From contig CAZHRW010000198.1 of NCBI GenBank assembly GCA_964535025.1, positions 4,300 to 68,299 on the forward strand: DNA of 64,000 nt, given 5' to 3'. Position numbers and translations under genes: made by a program. The notes beneath the pieces are model-generated. The model searched no databases. It worked only from the letters and a program-made list of their open reading frames with translations, and had not been told where the DNA came from. The stretch is from an uncultured Planctomycetales bacterium. Its GTDB lineage: Bacteria; Planctomycetota; Phycisphaerae; SM23-33; FEN-1343. This document shows positions 20,283 through 31,866 of the stretch, piece after piece (positions within the stretch are counted from its first letter, which is position 1; each line of letters starts with the position of its first letter).

Positions 20283-22400
20283 ATGATTACCGTTCACATG
20301 ATCGGCAACGCCCACCTTGATCCGGTCTGGCTGTGGCGGCGCAGCGATGGGGTCGACGCGGCCCTGGCGACGGCGCGGAGCGCGTGCGACCGGCTGGACG
20401 AGTTCGACGACTTCATCTTTACCTGCTCCACCGTGTGGTTCCACGAGCAGATCCGGCGGCTCGACCCGGCGCTGTTCGAGCGCGTGCGGGCGTTCGTCGC
20501 GGCCGGGCGGTGGCGGCTCGTCGGGCCGATGGTCGTCCAGCCCGACTGCAACCTGCCCTCGGCGGCGTCGTACCCCCGGCACTTCCAGCGGGGCAAGACG
20601 TGGTTCCGCGAGGCGTTCGGCGTCGACGTCACCGTCGGCTACAACGTCGACTCCTTCGGCCACAACGCCTATCTGCCGCGGCTGCTGCGGGAGGCGGGGC
20701 TCGACAGCTACGTCTTCATGCGCCCGGCGGCCGGCGAGATGACACTGCCGACGAACCTGTTCCGCTGGCGAAGCCCGGACGGCCACGAGGTGACGACATT
20801 CCGCATCACCGGGGCCTACTGCACGCGAACCGACGATCTGAAAGACCACGTCCGCGCCGCGCTGGAGGCGACGCCCGACGGCGCCGAGCACACGATGTGC
20901 TTCTTCGGCGTCGGCGACCACGGCGGCGGGCCGACGCGGGCGCAGATCCGATGGGTCCGGGACAACGCGTCGGCCATCGACGGCGCGCGGCTGATCTTCA
21001 GCCACCCGCGGGCCTTCTTCGACGCGGTCGCCGAGACCGCCGGCGACCTGCCGGTCGTCGACACCGAGCTGCAGCACCACGCCATCGGCTCCTACAGCGT
21101 CGAGCGACGGCTGAAGGTGGGTGTCCGGCGGGCCGAGGCGCGCCTCGTCCAGACCGAGCAGGTATTGCGACTGCTTGCCAAGCATGTGACGGCCGACGAC
21201 GAGGCCGTGCTGCGGGCGGCGTGGGACCGCGTGCTGTTCAACCAGTTTCACGACATTCTCGGCGGCACCAGCGTCGACGAGGCCTCCCGCATCGCCGCCG
21301 GCGAGTGCGTCGCCGCCGAGGCCGACGCCGTGGCCGTGGCGACCGCCGTCACCCGACGGGCCTTCCGCGACCACGCCGCGCCCGGCGAGCATCGGATCGT
21401 GGTGTTTAACCCGGGCGACGACGATTTCGACGGGTGGGTGGAGCACGAATCGTTCCTCAACGCCTTCGACCTGCCGGCCGCCACGCTGACCGGTCCCGAC
21501 GGGGCGCTGGTGCCGTTCCAGGAGGTTCCCACCCGGTCGCTGATCGGCCACATGCGGGGCCTGGTTGCGCGGGTGGCGTTGGAGGCGGGCCGGCACAAGG
21601 TGCTCCGGCTGAATCCGCCGGCGGTCGGCGCGGCGGGGGGCGAGCCGCCGCGCACCAAACATCCCGCGGCCGCGACGCCGGACGAGTTGGGCAACGGCCT
21701 GGTCACGGCTCGGCTGGCGGACGGCGGCCTGCGCGTCGGGGCGTGGAGGATCGGCCTGGAGATCTGCGACGACCCGACCGACACGTGGGGTCACGAGGCC
21801 GGGGCCGCGTTCGACGGCGAGGTCGTGGCGCCTATCGCCTTGCCGTCCGCCGGCGAGCCGATCGAGCATGGAGCGGCGCGGGCGACGTGGCGGCTGAGCG
21901 GGAAGGCGGCCGGGGCGTCGCTGTGGGGGTGGGCTTCGGTTTACGCCGACGTGCCGGCCGTCCGGCTGCGGCTGGCAGTCACCTGGCCGCTCGTTCGCCG
22001 CCGCCTGCGCTGCCGGATCGCCGCCGGCGGGCCGATCAGCGAACGCGTGGACCTCGTCAGCGGCGGCCCGCTGGCCCGCGCGGCCAACGGCGAGGAGTAC
22101 CCCCTCAACGGCGGCATGCAGGTGGCCACGGCGGGCGAGCGGCTGGCCATCGTCGCGCCGGAGATCTTCTCGGCGAGCGTCACGCCCGAGGCGGTGGACC
22201 TGACGCTGCTACGCAGCCCGTTCGCCGCGCACAACCACGGCCGGCGGGCCGAAGACCACCCCGACCGGCCGGCGACCGATCAGGGTCGTCACGCGTTCGA
22301 GCTGCTGCTGCTGCCGGGCTTCGCCGGCCCGCCGAGCGCGTTGGAGCGGGCCGCACGGCAGATGCTCGCGCCGCCGCTGGTGTGGGATCTGACGGGTTGA
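20283..22400 (+). CDS. GH38 family alpha-mannosidase
   Basis: MITVHMIGNAHLDPVWLW N-terminus and DSFGH motif typical of GH38. GGGAG ribosome-binding site. The upstream 44 codons of the ORF are Gly/Thr-rich and rejected. Confidence 0.85.
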   Translation: MITVHMIGNAHLDPVWLWRRSDGVDAALATARSACDRLDEFDDFIFTCSTVWFHEQIRRLDPALFERVRAFVAAGRWRLVGPMVVQPDCNLPSAASYPRHFQRGKTWFREAFGVDVTVGYNVDSFGHNAYLPRLLREAGLDSYVFMRPAAGEMTLPTNLFRWRSPDGHEVTTFRITGAYCTRTDDLKDHVRAALEATPDGAEHTMCFFGVGDHGGGPTRAQIRWVRDNASAIDGARLIFSHPRAFFDAVAETAGDLPVVDTELQHHAIGSYSVERRLKVGVRRAEARLVQTEQVLRLLAKHVTADDEAVLRAAWDRVLFNQFHDILGGTSVDEASRIAAGECVAAEADAVAVATAVTRRAFRDHAAPGEHRIVVFNPGDDDFDGWVEHESFLNAFDLPAATLTGPDGALVPFQEVPTRSLIGHMRGLVARVALEAGRHKVLRLNPPAVGAAGGEPPRTKHPAAATPDELGNGLVTARLADGGLRVGAWRIGLEICDDPTDTWGHEAGAAFDGEVVAPIALPSAGEPIEHGAARATWRLSGKAAGASLWGWASVYADVPAVRLRLAVTWPLVRRRLRCRIAAGGPISERVDLVSGGPLARAANGEEYPLNGGMQVATAGERLAIVAPEIFSASVTPEAVDLTLLRSPFAAHNHGRRAEDHPDRPATDQGRHAFELLLLPGFAGPPSALERAARQMLAPPLVWDLTG

Positions 22401-22421
22401 CCGGGGGCGGGAGGCCTGGGC

Positions 22422-23375
22422 ATGGCGATCGTCGGCTTGGACATCGGCGGCACGAAATGCGAGGCGGTCCTCGGCGATGACGCCGGCGGCGTCGTCGACG
22501 CGGTGCGGATCGAAACCGGACCGCCCGAACCCACGCTCGAGCGGCTCCTGGCCGCCGTGGCGGGCTTCGGCCTGGACGGGCCGCCGCCGGTGGGGATCAG
22601 TTGCGGCGGCCCGCTCGACGCGGCGGGGGGGCTGGTCCTTTCGCCGCCGAACCTGCCCGGCTGGGACCGCGTGCCCATCGTCGAGCTCGTCCGACAACGC
22701 CTCGGCGGGCCGGCGTGGCTGATGAACGACGCCAACGCCGGGGCCCTGGCCGAGTGGACCTTCGGCGGCGGCCGCGGGGCGCGGACGATGATCTTTCTCA
22801 CGCACGGCACGGGGATGGGCGCGGGGCTGATCGTCGACGGGCGCCTCCACGAAGGCGCCACCGGCGACGCCGGCGAGGTCGGCCACGCCCGCCTCAGCGA
22901 CGACGGCCCGGTCGGCTACGGCAAGGCCGGCTCGTTCGAGGGCTGGTGCTCCGGCGGCGGCATCGCCCGCCTGGCCCGCCAGTGGGCCGGCGAAGGCCGT
23001 CTCGCCCCGACCGGCCCCGACGGACGCCCCTGGACCGCCCGCACCCTCGCCGAAGCCGCCGGTGACGGCGACGCCGCCGCCGCGGCCCTCCTGGCCGAGA
23101 GCGGCCGCCGCCTCGGGCAGGGCCTGAGCCTCCTGATCGACATCCTCAACCCCGACGTCATCGTCCTCGGCAGCCTCTTCGTTCGCGCCCGCCAATGCCT
23201 CGAGCCCGCCATGCGTGATACCCTCGGGCGCGAAGCGCTCGGCCGTCCGCTGCGGGCCTGCGCGATCCGCCCGGCCGAGCTGGGTGAGGAGATCGGCCGC
23301 GTCGCCGCGCTCAGCGTGGCGCTGTACCGCAGCGGGCGGATGCCCGGCAGGACGTCTTCGCGCCGATCGGAATAG
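22422..23375 (+). CDS. ROK family sugar kinase (glucokinase / N-acetylglucosamine kinase-like)
   Basis: IVGLDIGGTKCEAVLG ATPase N-terminus. ROK signature region GEVGHARLSDDG..C.CG. Confidence 0.85.
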   Translation: MAIVGLDIGGTKCEAVLGDDAGGVVDAVRIETGPPEPTLERLLAAVAGFGLDGPPPVGISCGGPLDAAGGLVLSPPNLPGWDRVPIVELVRQRLGGPAWLMNDANAGALAEWTFGGGRGARTMIFLTHGTGMGAGLIVDGRLHEGATGDAGEVGHARLSDDGPVGYGKAGSFEGWCSGGGIARLARQWAGEGRLAPTGPDGRPWTARTLAEAAGDGDAAAAALLAESGRRLGQGLSLLIDILNPDVIVLGSLFVRARQCLEPAMRDTLGREALGRPLRACAIRPAELGEEIGRVAALSVALYRSGRMPGRTSSRRSE

Positions 23376-23535
23376 TTGTTTCTCGGCGACGACGGAGGAT
23401 GCGGTTTCTGGGAGTGACCCGATTCCCGAAGGGCGTCCCGCGGCGCGGGGGTAAGAGCGCCCGCTCGGGAGGGACTGGACATCGGCGGCGGCGGCCGATA
23501 CAACCGTCGGGCAGACCGCCTGGAGGAGAGACCCC

Positions 23536-24444
23536 ATGGCCGAGACGATTCCCATCATTCTCGACACCGACATCGGCGGCGACATCGACGACACCTGGGC
23601 GCTGATCTTCATGCTCCGCTGCCCGGAACTCGACGTTCGCCTGATCACCAGCGCCGCCGGCAACACCCCGCTCCGCGCCCGCATCATCGCCCGCCTGCTC
23701 CAGGTGGCCGGGCGGACGGATATTCCCATCGGCATCGGCCCGGCCGCCCCGGGCAGCGAGAAACACCTCGCCAACCAGCACGAGTGGGTCAAGGACTACG
23801 ACCTCGCCACTTACCCGGGCACCGTCCACGCCGACGGCGCCGCCGCGATCGCCGAGACGATCCGCGCCGCCGACCGCCCCGTCACCGTCGTCGCCACGGG
23901 GCCGCTACCCACCGTCGCCGAGGCCCTCCGCCGCGACCCGACCCTCACCGCCCGCTCCCGCTTCGTCGGCATGCACGGCTCCATCCGCCAGGGCTACGGC
24001 GGCTCGCTCACCCCGTGCGCCGAGTCGAACGTCAAGAACTTCACCGCCGATTGCCAGTACGTCTTCGCCGCCGACTGGCCCAAAACCATCACCCCCCTCG
24101 ACACGTGCGGCCACGTCGTCCTCGACGGCGAGCCTTACCAGCGGATCCGCAACGCCGACGACCCCCTGTTGCGGGCCCTGCGGACCAACAACGACCTGTT
24201 CGCCCGCCACGTCCGGTGGACCACCTACGACCCGACCGAGCGATCGAGCACGCTGTTCGACACCGTCGCCGTCTACCTCGCGTTCAGCGAGGACCTCGTC
24301 GAGATCGAACAGTTGCCACTCGTCGTCACTGACGACGGCTACACCCGCCTCGACGACGCCGGCACCCCCGTCCGCTGCGCCACCGCCTGGCGCGACCTCG
24401 ACGCGTTCAAGCACCTGCTGGCCGAGCGGCTGTTGCAAGCCTGA
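23536..24444 (+). CDS. nucleoside hydrolase (inosine-uridine-preferring family)
   Basis: IILDTDIGGDIDDTWAL (DxDxxxDD Ca-binding motif). GGAGGAGAG ribosome-binding site. Confidence 0.85.
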   Translation: MAETIPIILDTDIGGDIDDTWALIFMLRCPELDVRLITSAAGNTPLRARIIARLLQVAGRTDIPIGIGPAAPGSEKHLANQHEWVKDYDLATYPGTVHADGAAAIAETIRAADRPVTVVATGPLPTVAEALRRDPTLTARSRFVGMHGSIRQGYGGSLTPCAESNVKNFTADCQYVFAADWPKTITPLDTCGHVVLDGEPYQRIRNADDPLLRALRTNNDLFARHVRWTTYDPTERSSTLFDTVAVYLAFSEDLVEIEQLPLVVTDDGYTRLDDAGTPVRCATAWRDLDAFKHLLAERLLQA

Positions 24445-24604
24445 GCGGGGGTGGAGATGGACAAAATGGACACGATGGACGGCTGACGCGTTTTTCGGGT
24501 GCCCTTCCCGGGCAAGCGCGATCGACGGGCGGAGCCTGTTTCGCGAATCCACGGCCGTGCGAGCGTCAGTCGTCCATGCCGTCCATCGCCGCCACCGCCA
24601 CCGC

Positions 24605-26383
24605 TCACTCCCGCTCGATCGCCGCTGTCCGCGCCTGGACGGCCCGGAGGCGGTCGATGTCGAACTTGGCCGAGCGGTCGAAGCGGTATAGGCCGTTCTG
24701 CTCCTGGAACACGTCGGTCAGTTGCGTGTAGCAGTAGCCGAACATCGCCGCATCGTCCAGCAGGGCGGTGCAGAGGCCTTCGAAGCGGGTGTAGAATGCC
24801 TCGAGCGTCTCGGGCGCCTCGCCGTAGCCCCAGCCGTCCGGCTCGTCGGTCCAGCGGATGCCGCCGAACTCACTGCAGAAGTATGGCTGGCCGCCGTAGG
24901 CGATGGAGATCTCGCGGCGGTTGTAGAACGGCTCGCCGGTCCCGACGCCGCCCTGCCGCTTGCGGAACTCCTCGACGTCCTGGCTGTAGTCGTGGCTGTC
25001 CCACACATCCGTCGCGGCGACGCGATGGGCGTACCCGGACGCATCCAGGACCGGACGGGTGCGGTCGGCGTGCTTGGTCATCGCGAACAGGCCGCCGGTG
25101 AGGTCGTCGAGCATGTCGATATGATCGCCGATCTCGGCGCTGGTCTCGTTCAGCGGGCACCAGCCGATGATGCACGGGTGGGAGTAGTCCCGCTCGAGCG
25201 CCTCGGCCCACTGGGCCATCATCGACACCATCGGATCATGCCGCGACAGGTCCTCGATCGACGCACCGCGCCATCGGCACGAGCAGCCCCAGTCGCCGAA
25301 CTCGCCCCAAACGAGATACCCCAGCCGATCCGCATGATAGAGGAAGCGTTCTTCAAACACCTTCTGGTGCAGGCGGGCGCCGTTGAATCCCGCGGCCATC
25401 GCCAGCTCGATATCCCGCCGCAGCGCCGCATCGCTCGGGGCGGTCATGATCCCGTCGGGGTAGTAGCCCTGGTCGAGGACCAGCCGCTGGAAGAGGCTTC
25501 GGCCGTTGATCCGCACCGTCTTGCCGTCGATCACGATGCTCCGCATCCCCGCATACGTCGACGCGGCGTCCAGGACGGCGCCGTCAGGGCCGAGAAGCTC
25601 CAGCGCAATGTCATAGAGGTGCGGCTCGCCCGGCCCCCACAGTTTCAGCCGCTCGTGCGGGACCAGCAGGTCGAGCGCGGGCGTAAAGGCCTGATCGGCG
25701 GCAACCTCGGCGCGGGCGATCTCGCCGTCGCCGTCGCTGAGAACCGCGCGGACGGTCAGCCCCGCCCGCGGGCCGTCCAGCGGCAGCTCGAGGCGGAAAC
25801 GCCGGGCGGGCACGTCCGGCGTGATCCGCGGCCGCCTGAAGCGGCTGGCGGGGACGGGTTCGAGCCAGACGGTCTGCCAGATGCCCGTGGTGCGGGTGTA
25901 GACGCAGCCGTGATTGTCGTAGCGCTCGGACTGCTTGCCCCGCGCTTTCGCCTCGCGCATCGCGTCGCGGGCGCGGACGACGATCACGGCCGTCTCGCCG
26001 GGTCCGGCGGCGCCGGCGAGGGTGCAGGTGAACGGCGTGAACCCCCCGCGATGGCGGCCGACTTCGCGGCCGTTCACCCACACGGTCGCGTCGTAATCGA
26101 CCGCCCCGAAATGCAGCAGCACCTCGCGGCCCTCCCACGCGACGGGGATCTCAACGGCCTTGCGGTACCACACCGCGTTCATGAAATCGACGTGCTCGAC
26201 GCCCGACCGTGTCGACTCGGGGCAGAACGGCACGGTGATCGTGCCGGTCAACTCGCGCTCCCGCAGGCCGCGCTGGCCACCGCTGTCGCCGTAGTCGATC
26301 TCGAACTGCCACGTGCCGTTGAGGCACAGCCAGTCGCGGCGGACGAACTGGGGACGTGGATACTCGTTTCGGGGCTGAGCCAT
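24605..26383 (-). CDS. GH2 family glycoside hydrolase (beta-galactosidase / beta-mannosidase / beta-glucuronidase-like)
   Basis: N-terminal sugar-binding domain (RPQFVRRDW.LNGTWQF), WYRK, and a TIM-barrel region with NE/E catalytic context. Confidence 0.8.
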   Translation of the reverse strand: MAQPRNEYPRPQFVRRDWLCLNGTWQFEIDYGDSGGQRGLRERELTGTITVPFCPESTRSGVEHVDFMNAVWYRKAVEIPVAWEGREVLLHFGAVDYDATVWVNGREVGRHRGGFTPFTCTLAGAAGPGETAVIVVRARDAMREAKARGKQSERYDNHGCVYTRTTGIWQTVWLEPVPASRFRRPRITPDVPARRFRLELPLDGPRAGLTVRAVLSDGDGEIARAEVAADQAFTPALDLLVPHERLKLWGPGEPHLYDIALELLGPDGAVLDAASTYAGMRSIVIDGKTVRINGRSLFQRLVLDQGYYPDGIMTAPSDAALRRDIELAMAAGFNGARLHQKVFEERFLYHADRLGYLVWGEFGDWGCSCRWRGASIEDLSRHDPMVSMMAQWAEALERDYSHPCIIGWCPLNETSAEIGDHIDMLDDLTGGLFAMTKHADRTRPVLDASGYAHRVAATDVWDSHDYSQDVEEFRKRQGGVGTGEPFYNRREISIAYGGQPYFCSEFGGIRWTDEPDGWGYGEAPETLEAFYTRFEGLCTALLDDAAMFGYCYTQLTDVFQEQNGLYRFDRSAKFDIDRLRAVQARTAAIERE

Positions 26384-26561
26384 GGCCTCACCGTGTCAGA
26401 ACCGACTGGCCGCCGGCGGCCGCTCCGCCGGCGCGGCGGCATTCTACAGGGGCCGAACCGCCACGGCAACCACAAGCGGTACGCGCGTGCGGTTGCAGGA
26501 TAGGGCGGAGGCCTGGGTCGTCGCGCTTTGGGCCGCGTGGCATCAACGGCCCCGGGAAAAA

Positions 26562-26596
26562 GGGCCCGCCGTCCCCGGGACAGGGGCGGCGGGCCC
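26562..26596 (-). terminator. intrinsic terminator of the MFS transporter gene
   Basis: 10-bp perfect stem GGGCCCGCCG / CGGCGGGCCC. On the minus strand a UUUUUCCC tract follows immediately. About 25 nt 3' of the stop at 26620. Confidence 0.5.
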
Positions 26597-26619
26597 GAGA
26601 CCCTCTGTGATAAGGTGGC

Positions 26620-27957
26620 CTAGGCGGCCTGTTCCGCCTCGGCCATCGCGACGGCCTTCGGCGGGCGGACGATCGCGGCCAGAGCGGCGGCGACCAGACA
26701 GGCGACCCCGGCGATGATGAACGGAGCCAGCCAGGCGCCCACCTGGCCGGCGGCGGTGTCCTTGAAATAGCCGGCGACCTGCGGGCCGGCGATCCCCGCG
26801 ATGCCGTACGCCAGGAAAACCCAGCCGTAATTGGCGCCCAGGTGCTTGGTGCCGAAGAAGTCGGCCGTCGCCACCGGGAACAGGGCGAAGTTGCCGCCGA
26901 AGTTGAAGCCGATGATGCACGCGCCGACGATCAGACCCAGTTCGGTGCGTCCCAGGTAGAAGAACAGCAGCATGATGACGCCCTGCAGGGCGCACATCAG
27001 CAGCAGCGACAGGCGCGTCCCAATCTTGTCCGAGACGCTGCCCCACACAATCCGTCCCAGACCGTTGAGGATCGCATACAGCGCCATCGCCGTGCCGGCG
27101 ATCCGCCCGGCGGCGGCCTCGTTGGCGACGGCCTTGGAGGCCTGCAGCGCGTCGATGCCGAACAACTTGATACAGCCGATGACCATCAGCCCGGCCAGGG
27201 CCGAGCCGACGAACATGAGCAGCAACCCGTAGTACTGGGGCGTCCTGAGCATCTGATTGGCGGTGTAATCGACCAGCTTGGCGCGGCCGCCGGTATCGAC
27301 GGCCTCGGGCGGCACGTAACCTTTGGGCCTGTACCCGTCCGGCGGGTTGATCATCACGATGCTGCCCAGCAACACCAGGACGGCGAAGACGATGCCGTAG
27401 ACGATGAACACGCCTTGTACGCTCGGCAGGCCGAACAACTCGACGGTATTCAACAGCCCTCCGAACCAACTGCCGGCCAGCTTGACCCACAGGGTCGCGC
27501 CGAAGCCGAATCCGGCGACGGCCAGACCGCTGACCATGCCCTTCTTGTCGGGGAACCATTTAACGCCCACGGCAATGGGGACCACATAGCCCAGACCGAT
27601 CCCGGCCCCGCCGATGACGCCGATGCAGATGAACTGGGCCGCGAAGGAACTGCCCAAAAACCCGCCCAGGATGTACCCGAGCCCGAGGACCAGCCCGCCC
27701 GCCACGGCCAGGGCGCGTGGTCCCGTGCGGGGCATCATGCGTCCGGCGATGACCATGACCACGGCGAACGTGGCCAGGCCGGCCGAGAAGATCCACATGG
27801 TCTGGCCCGTGGTGAAGCCGTACGGGCCATCGGCGGCGACGAGGCGATCCGTGAACACGCTCCAGGCGTAGATGGCGCCCAGGCAGAGCTGGATGAGGAT
27901 GGCTCCCACGACGACCAGCCAGCGATTCAGAACGGCGGGGTTGTCTTGATCATTCAT
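26620..27957 (-). CDS. MFS transporter, oxalate/formate antiporter (OFA) family-like
   Basis: 12-TM profile. AAGGAG ribosome-binding site. Sequence typical of OFA/MCT-type MFS (WLVVVGAILIQLCLGAIYAWSVF). Confidence 0.85.
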   Translation of the reverse strand: MNDQDNPAVLNRWLVVVGAILIQLCLGAIYAWSVFTDRLVAADGPYGFTTGQTMWIFSAGLATFAVVMVIAGRMMPRTGPRALAVAGGLVLGLGYILGGFLGSSFAAQFICIGVIGGAGIGLGYVVPIAVGVKWFPDKKGMVSGLAVAGFGFGATLWVKLAGSWFGGLLNTVELFGLPSVQGVFIVYGIVFAVLVLLGSIVMINPPDGYRPKGYVPPEAVDTGGRAKLVDYTANQMLRTPQYYGLLLMFVGSALAGLMVIGCIKLFGIDALQASKAVANEAAAGRIAGTAMALYAILNGLGRIVWGSVSDKIGTRLSLLLMCALQGVIMLLFFYLGRTELGLIVGACIIGFNFGGNFALFPVATADFFGTKHLGANYGWVFLAYGIAGIAGPQVAGYFKDTAAGQVGAWLAPFIIAGVACLVAAALAAIVRPPKAVAMAEAEQAA

Positions 27958-28072
27958 CGATGTGTGCTCCTTGCATAATGGACCGGCGGCCCCCGTCCGG
28001 CAGATCGGATGCCGAACGGGGGCCGCGGTCGTCGGCGGACCGGCGCCCGCGGGGTGTCCCGGGCGCCGGCCG

Positions 28073-30067
<1,995 letters not shown>

Positions 30068-30088
30068 CTATCCTTTCTTTGACCATGG

Positions 30089-30102
30089 GGCACGAACGTG
30101 CC
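30089..30102. promoter_or_regulatory. palindrome GGCACGAACGTGCC just upstream of the acs start
   Basis: Perfect 6-2-6 inverted repeat 22-35 bp upstream of the acs ATG (minus strand). Confidence 0.3.
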
Positions 30103-30254
30103 TGCCCTCGAACGATAAACCCTCCGTCCAGGCACCCCGCCGTGGCGGAGGCCTGCCGGGGGTGTCCGGCGCCTGGGACGGAACGTACAGGTTCCAGCCA
30201 TTGTGCGGCAGGGGTTGGGGTTGTGCAAACAGAAAACGCTAAAATGAGGTAAAC

Positions 30255-30270
30255 TGTGAAACGATTCACA
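30255..30270. promoter_or_regulatory. CRP/FNR-type binding site consensus TGTGA-N6-TCACA
   Basis: Exact TGTGAaacgatTCACA, extended to CTGTGAAacgaTTCACAG, in the acs/acuC divergent intergenic region. Confidence 0.4.
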
Positions 30271-30306
30271 GCAAACGGCGACCCGGCGGGCCGACAAGGC
30301 GCGATT

Positions 30307-30362
30307 TCGCAACTTTGCGACTTCGATTCCCAAGGCTGCAAATTGAATTCGCAAGCTTGCGA
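30307..30362. promoter_or_regulatory. two copies of the palindrome TCGCAA-N2-TTGCGA, 42 bp centre-to-centre (candidate operator pair)
   Basis: TCGCAActTTGCGA (30307-30320) and GAATTCGCAAgcTTGCGAATTC (30345-30366, core 30349-30362), in a locally AT-rich stretch. Confidence 0.35.
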
Positions 30363-30717
30363 ATTCGAAGAAGGGACAGAAGCACAAAGACGCCGAGCTA
30401 TCTCGGTATTGCAACTCCGAAATTGTAACCCCTTGCCATTACTCACCTGCCACCCGGCATGCCCGCCCCAAAGACGGCATCTCTTTCGGCCGCTCAATGA
30501 ACCGTTCTCCCAACCGCTTCGGCGCGGCCGGGTGTGCGAGCGGCGGGCCCGGTGACAGACCGCCTCGCACGCCCCGCGCCCCGGCGGGCAAAAACCCTTG
30601 TTCCCAGCGGGGCTGGGCGTTAAGGTTCGGGCATGTGTGGGCGGTCGGCCGGGAACCCCTTCTGTGCTGGAGAGTGAAGTGGCTGCCACATACCCAACGC
30701 GGCCTCGGGCCGCTTTC

Positions 30718-31866
30718 ATGTGGGATGAGCGTTTCGATCGCAACGCGTACCCGACCACGATCCCCTTCCGGACGGATCGGGCCGCGATGGCCCGTCGAAC
30801 GTTGAGGTCGATGGGGATGCTCTCGGCGCGCGACGAGGCCCCGGTGGTTCCGGCGACCCGCGAGCAGATCGAGCGGTTCCACGACGGGCACTACCTTGAC
30901 GTGATGCTCGCCGCCGAGCGGGGCGACATGGGCGTCGAGGGTCTGCGCATGGGGTTCGGGACGGGCGATTGCCCCGTGTTCCGGGGCATGTACGCCCACG
31001 GCGCCCTGGCCGCCGGGGCCACGCTGGGCGCCGCCGAGCTGATCCTGTCGGGCGAGGTGACCGTGGCGTTCAACCCGCACGGGGGGTTCCACCACGCCGG
31101 GCCCGACTATGCCGCGGGGTTCTGCTATATCAATGATGTGGTCCTCGGCTGCCTGGCCCTGGTGGAGGCGGGGCGGCGGGTGCTGTTCCTGGATATCGAC
31201 GTCCACCACAGCGACGGCGTCCAGAACGCCTTCTACCACCGCGCGGACGTCTGCGTCATCTCCATGCACGAGACCGGACGGCGGCTGTTCCCCGGGACCG
31301 GCTTCGTCCACGAGACCGGCGTCGAGGCCGGCGCCGGCTACAGCGTTAACGTCCCGCTGCCGCCGGGCACGTACGACGACGCCTACCTGCGGGCCTACCG
31401 GTCGGTGGTGGCGCCGGTTATCGATCGCTATGAGCCGGACGTGCTCGTCGTGGAAGTGGGGATGGACGGGCTCGTCGGCGATCCCCTGGCGGAGTTGGCG
31501 TTGACCAACAACACCCACGCGGCGATCCTGACCGACCTGCTGGAGCGCCACAAGCCCCTGCTGGCCCTCGGCGGCGGCGGGTATCATCCGGAAAACAGCG
31601 CCCGCGGGTGGGCGCTGGCCTGGGGCGTGATGACCGGCCAGGACGTCGACGCCGACGCCGCCGTCGGGCTCGGCGGGGTCATGCTCTCCAGCACCGATTG
31701 GCACGGCGGCCTGCGGGACCGCGTCCACGAGCCGCTCCCGGATCAGCGCGAGGCCGTGGACCGCCAGGTCGATCGCGTGATCGACGATGTCATCGAGCGG
31801 GTCTTCCCGCGACTGGGCCTGACGGACGGGCGGTCGGCCGGCGGAAAGGACAGCATCGGCGCATGA
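30718..31866 (+). CDS. acuC: AcuC/HDAC-family (arginase-deacetylase fold) protein deacetylase or acetoin utilisation protein
   Basis: Histone-deacetylase-family motifs (GGFHHAGPDYAAGFCYINDV, FLDIDVHHSDGVQNAF, GGGGYHPEN). The ATG at 30718 is preferred over the upstream TTG. Confidence 0.85.
   Translation: MWDERFDRNAYPTTIPFRTDRAAMARRTLRSMGMLSARDEAPVVPATREQIERFHDGHYLDVMLAAERGDMGVEGLRMGFGTGDCPVFRGMYAHGALAAGATLGAAELILSGEVTVAFNPHGGFHHAGPDYAAGFCYINDVVLGCLALVEAGRRVLFLDIDVHHSDGVQNAFYHRADVCVISMHETGRRLFPGTGFVHETGVEAGAGYSVNVPLPPGTYDDAYLRAYRSVVAPVIDRYEPDVLVVEVGMDGLVGDPLAELALTNNTHAAILTDLLERHKPLLALGGGGYHPENSARGWALAWGVMTGQDVDADAAVGLGGVMLSSTDWHGGLRDRVHEPLPDQREAVDRQVDRVIDDVIERVFPRLGLTDGRSAGGKDSIGA

Noticed and set aside
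19977-21869. 694-aa minus-strand ORF (19785..21869)
   Set aside because: Everything upstream of the 63-aa metallothionein-like C-terminus is Arg/Gly/Pro low-complexity and lies antisense to the well-supported GH38 gene. Only 19785-19976 has a ribosome-binding site and a recognisable motif.
22209-23792. 527-aa minus-strand ORF
   Set aside because: Antisense to the ROK kinase and nucleoside hydrolase genes. Low-complexity Ala/Arg/Gly composition typical of off-frame high-GC ORFs.
24722-26503. 593-aa plus-strand ORF
   Set aside because: Antisense to the GH2 gene.
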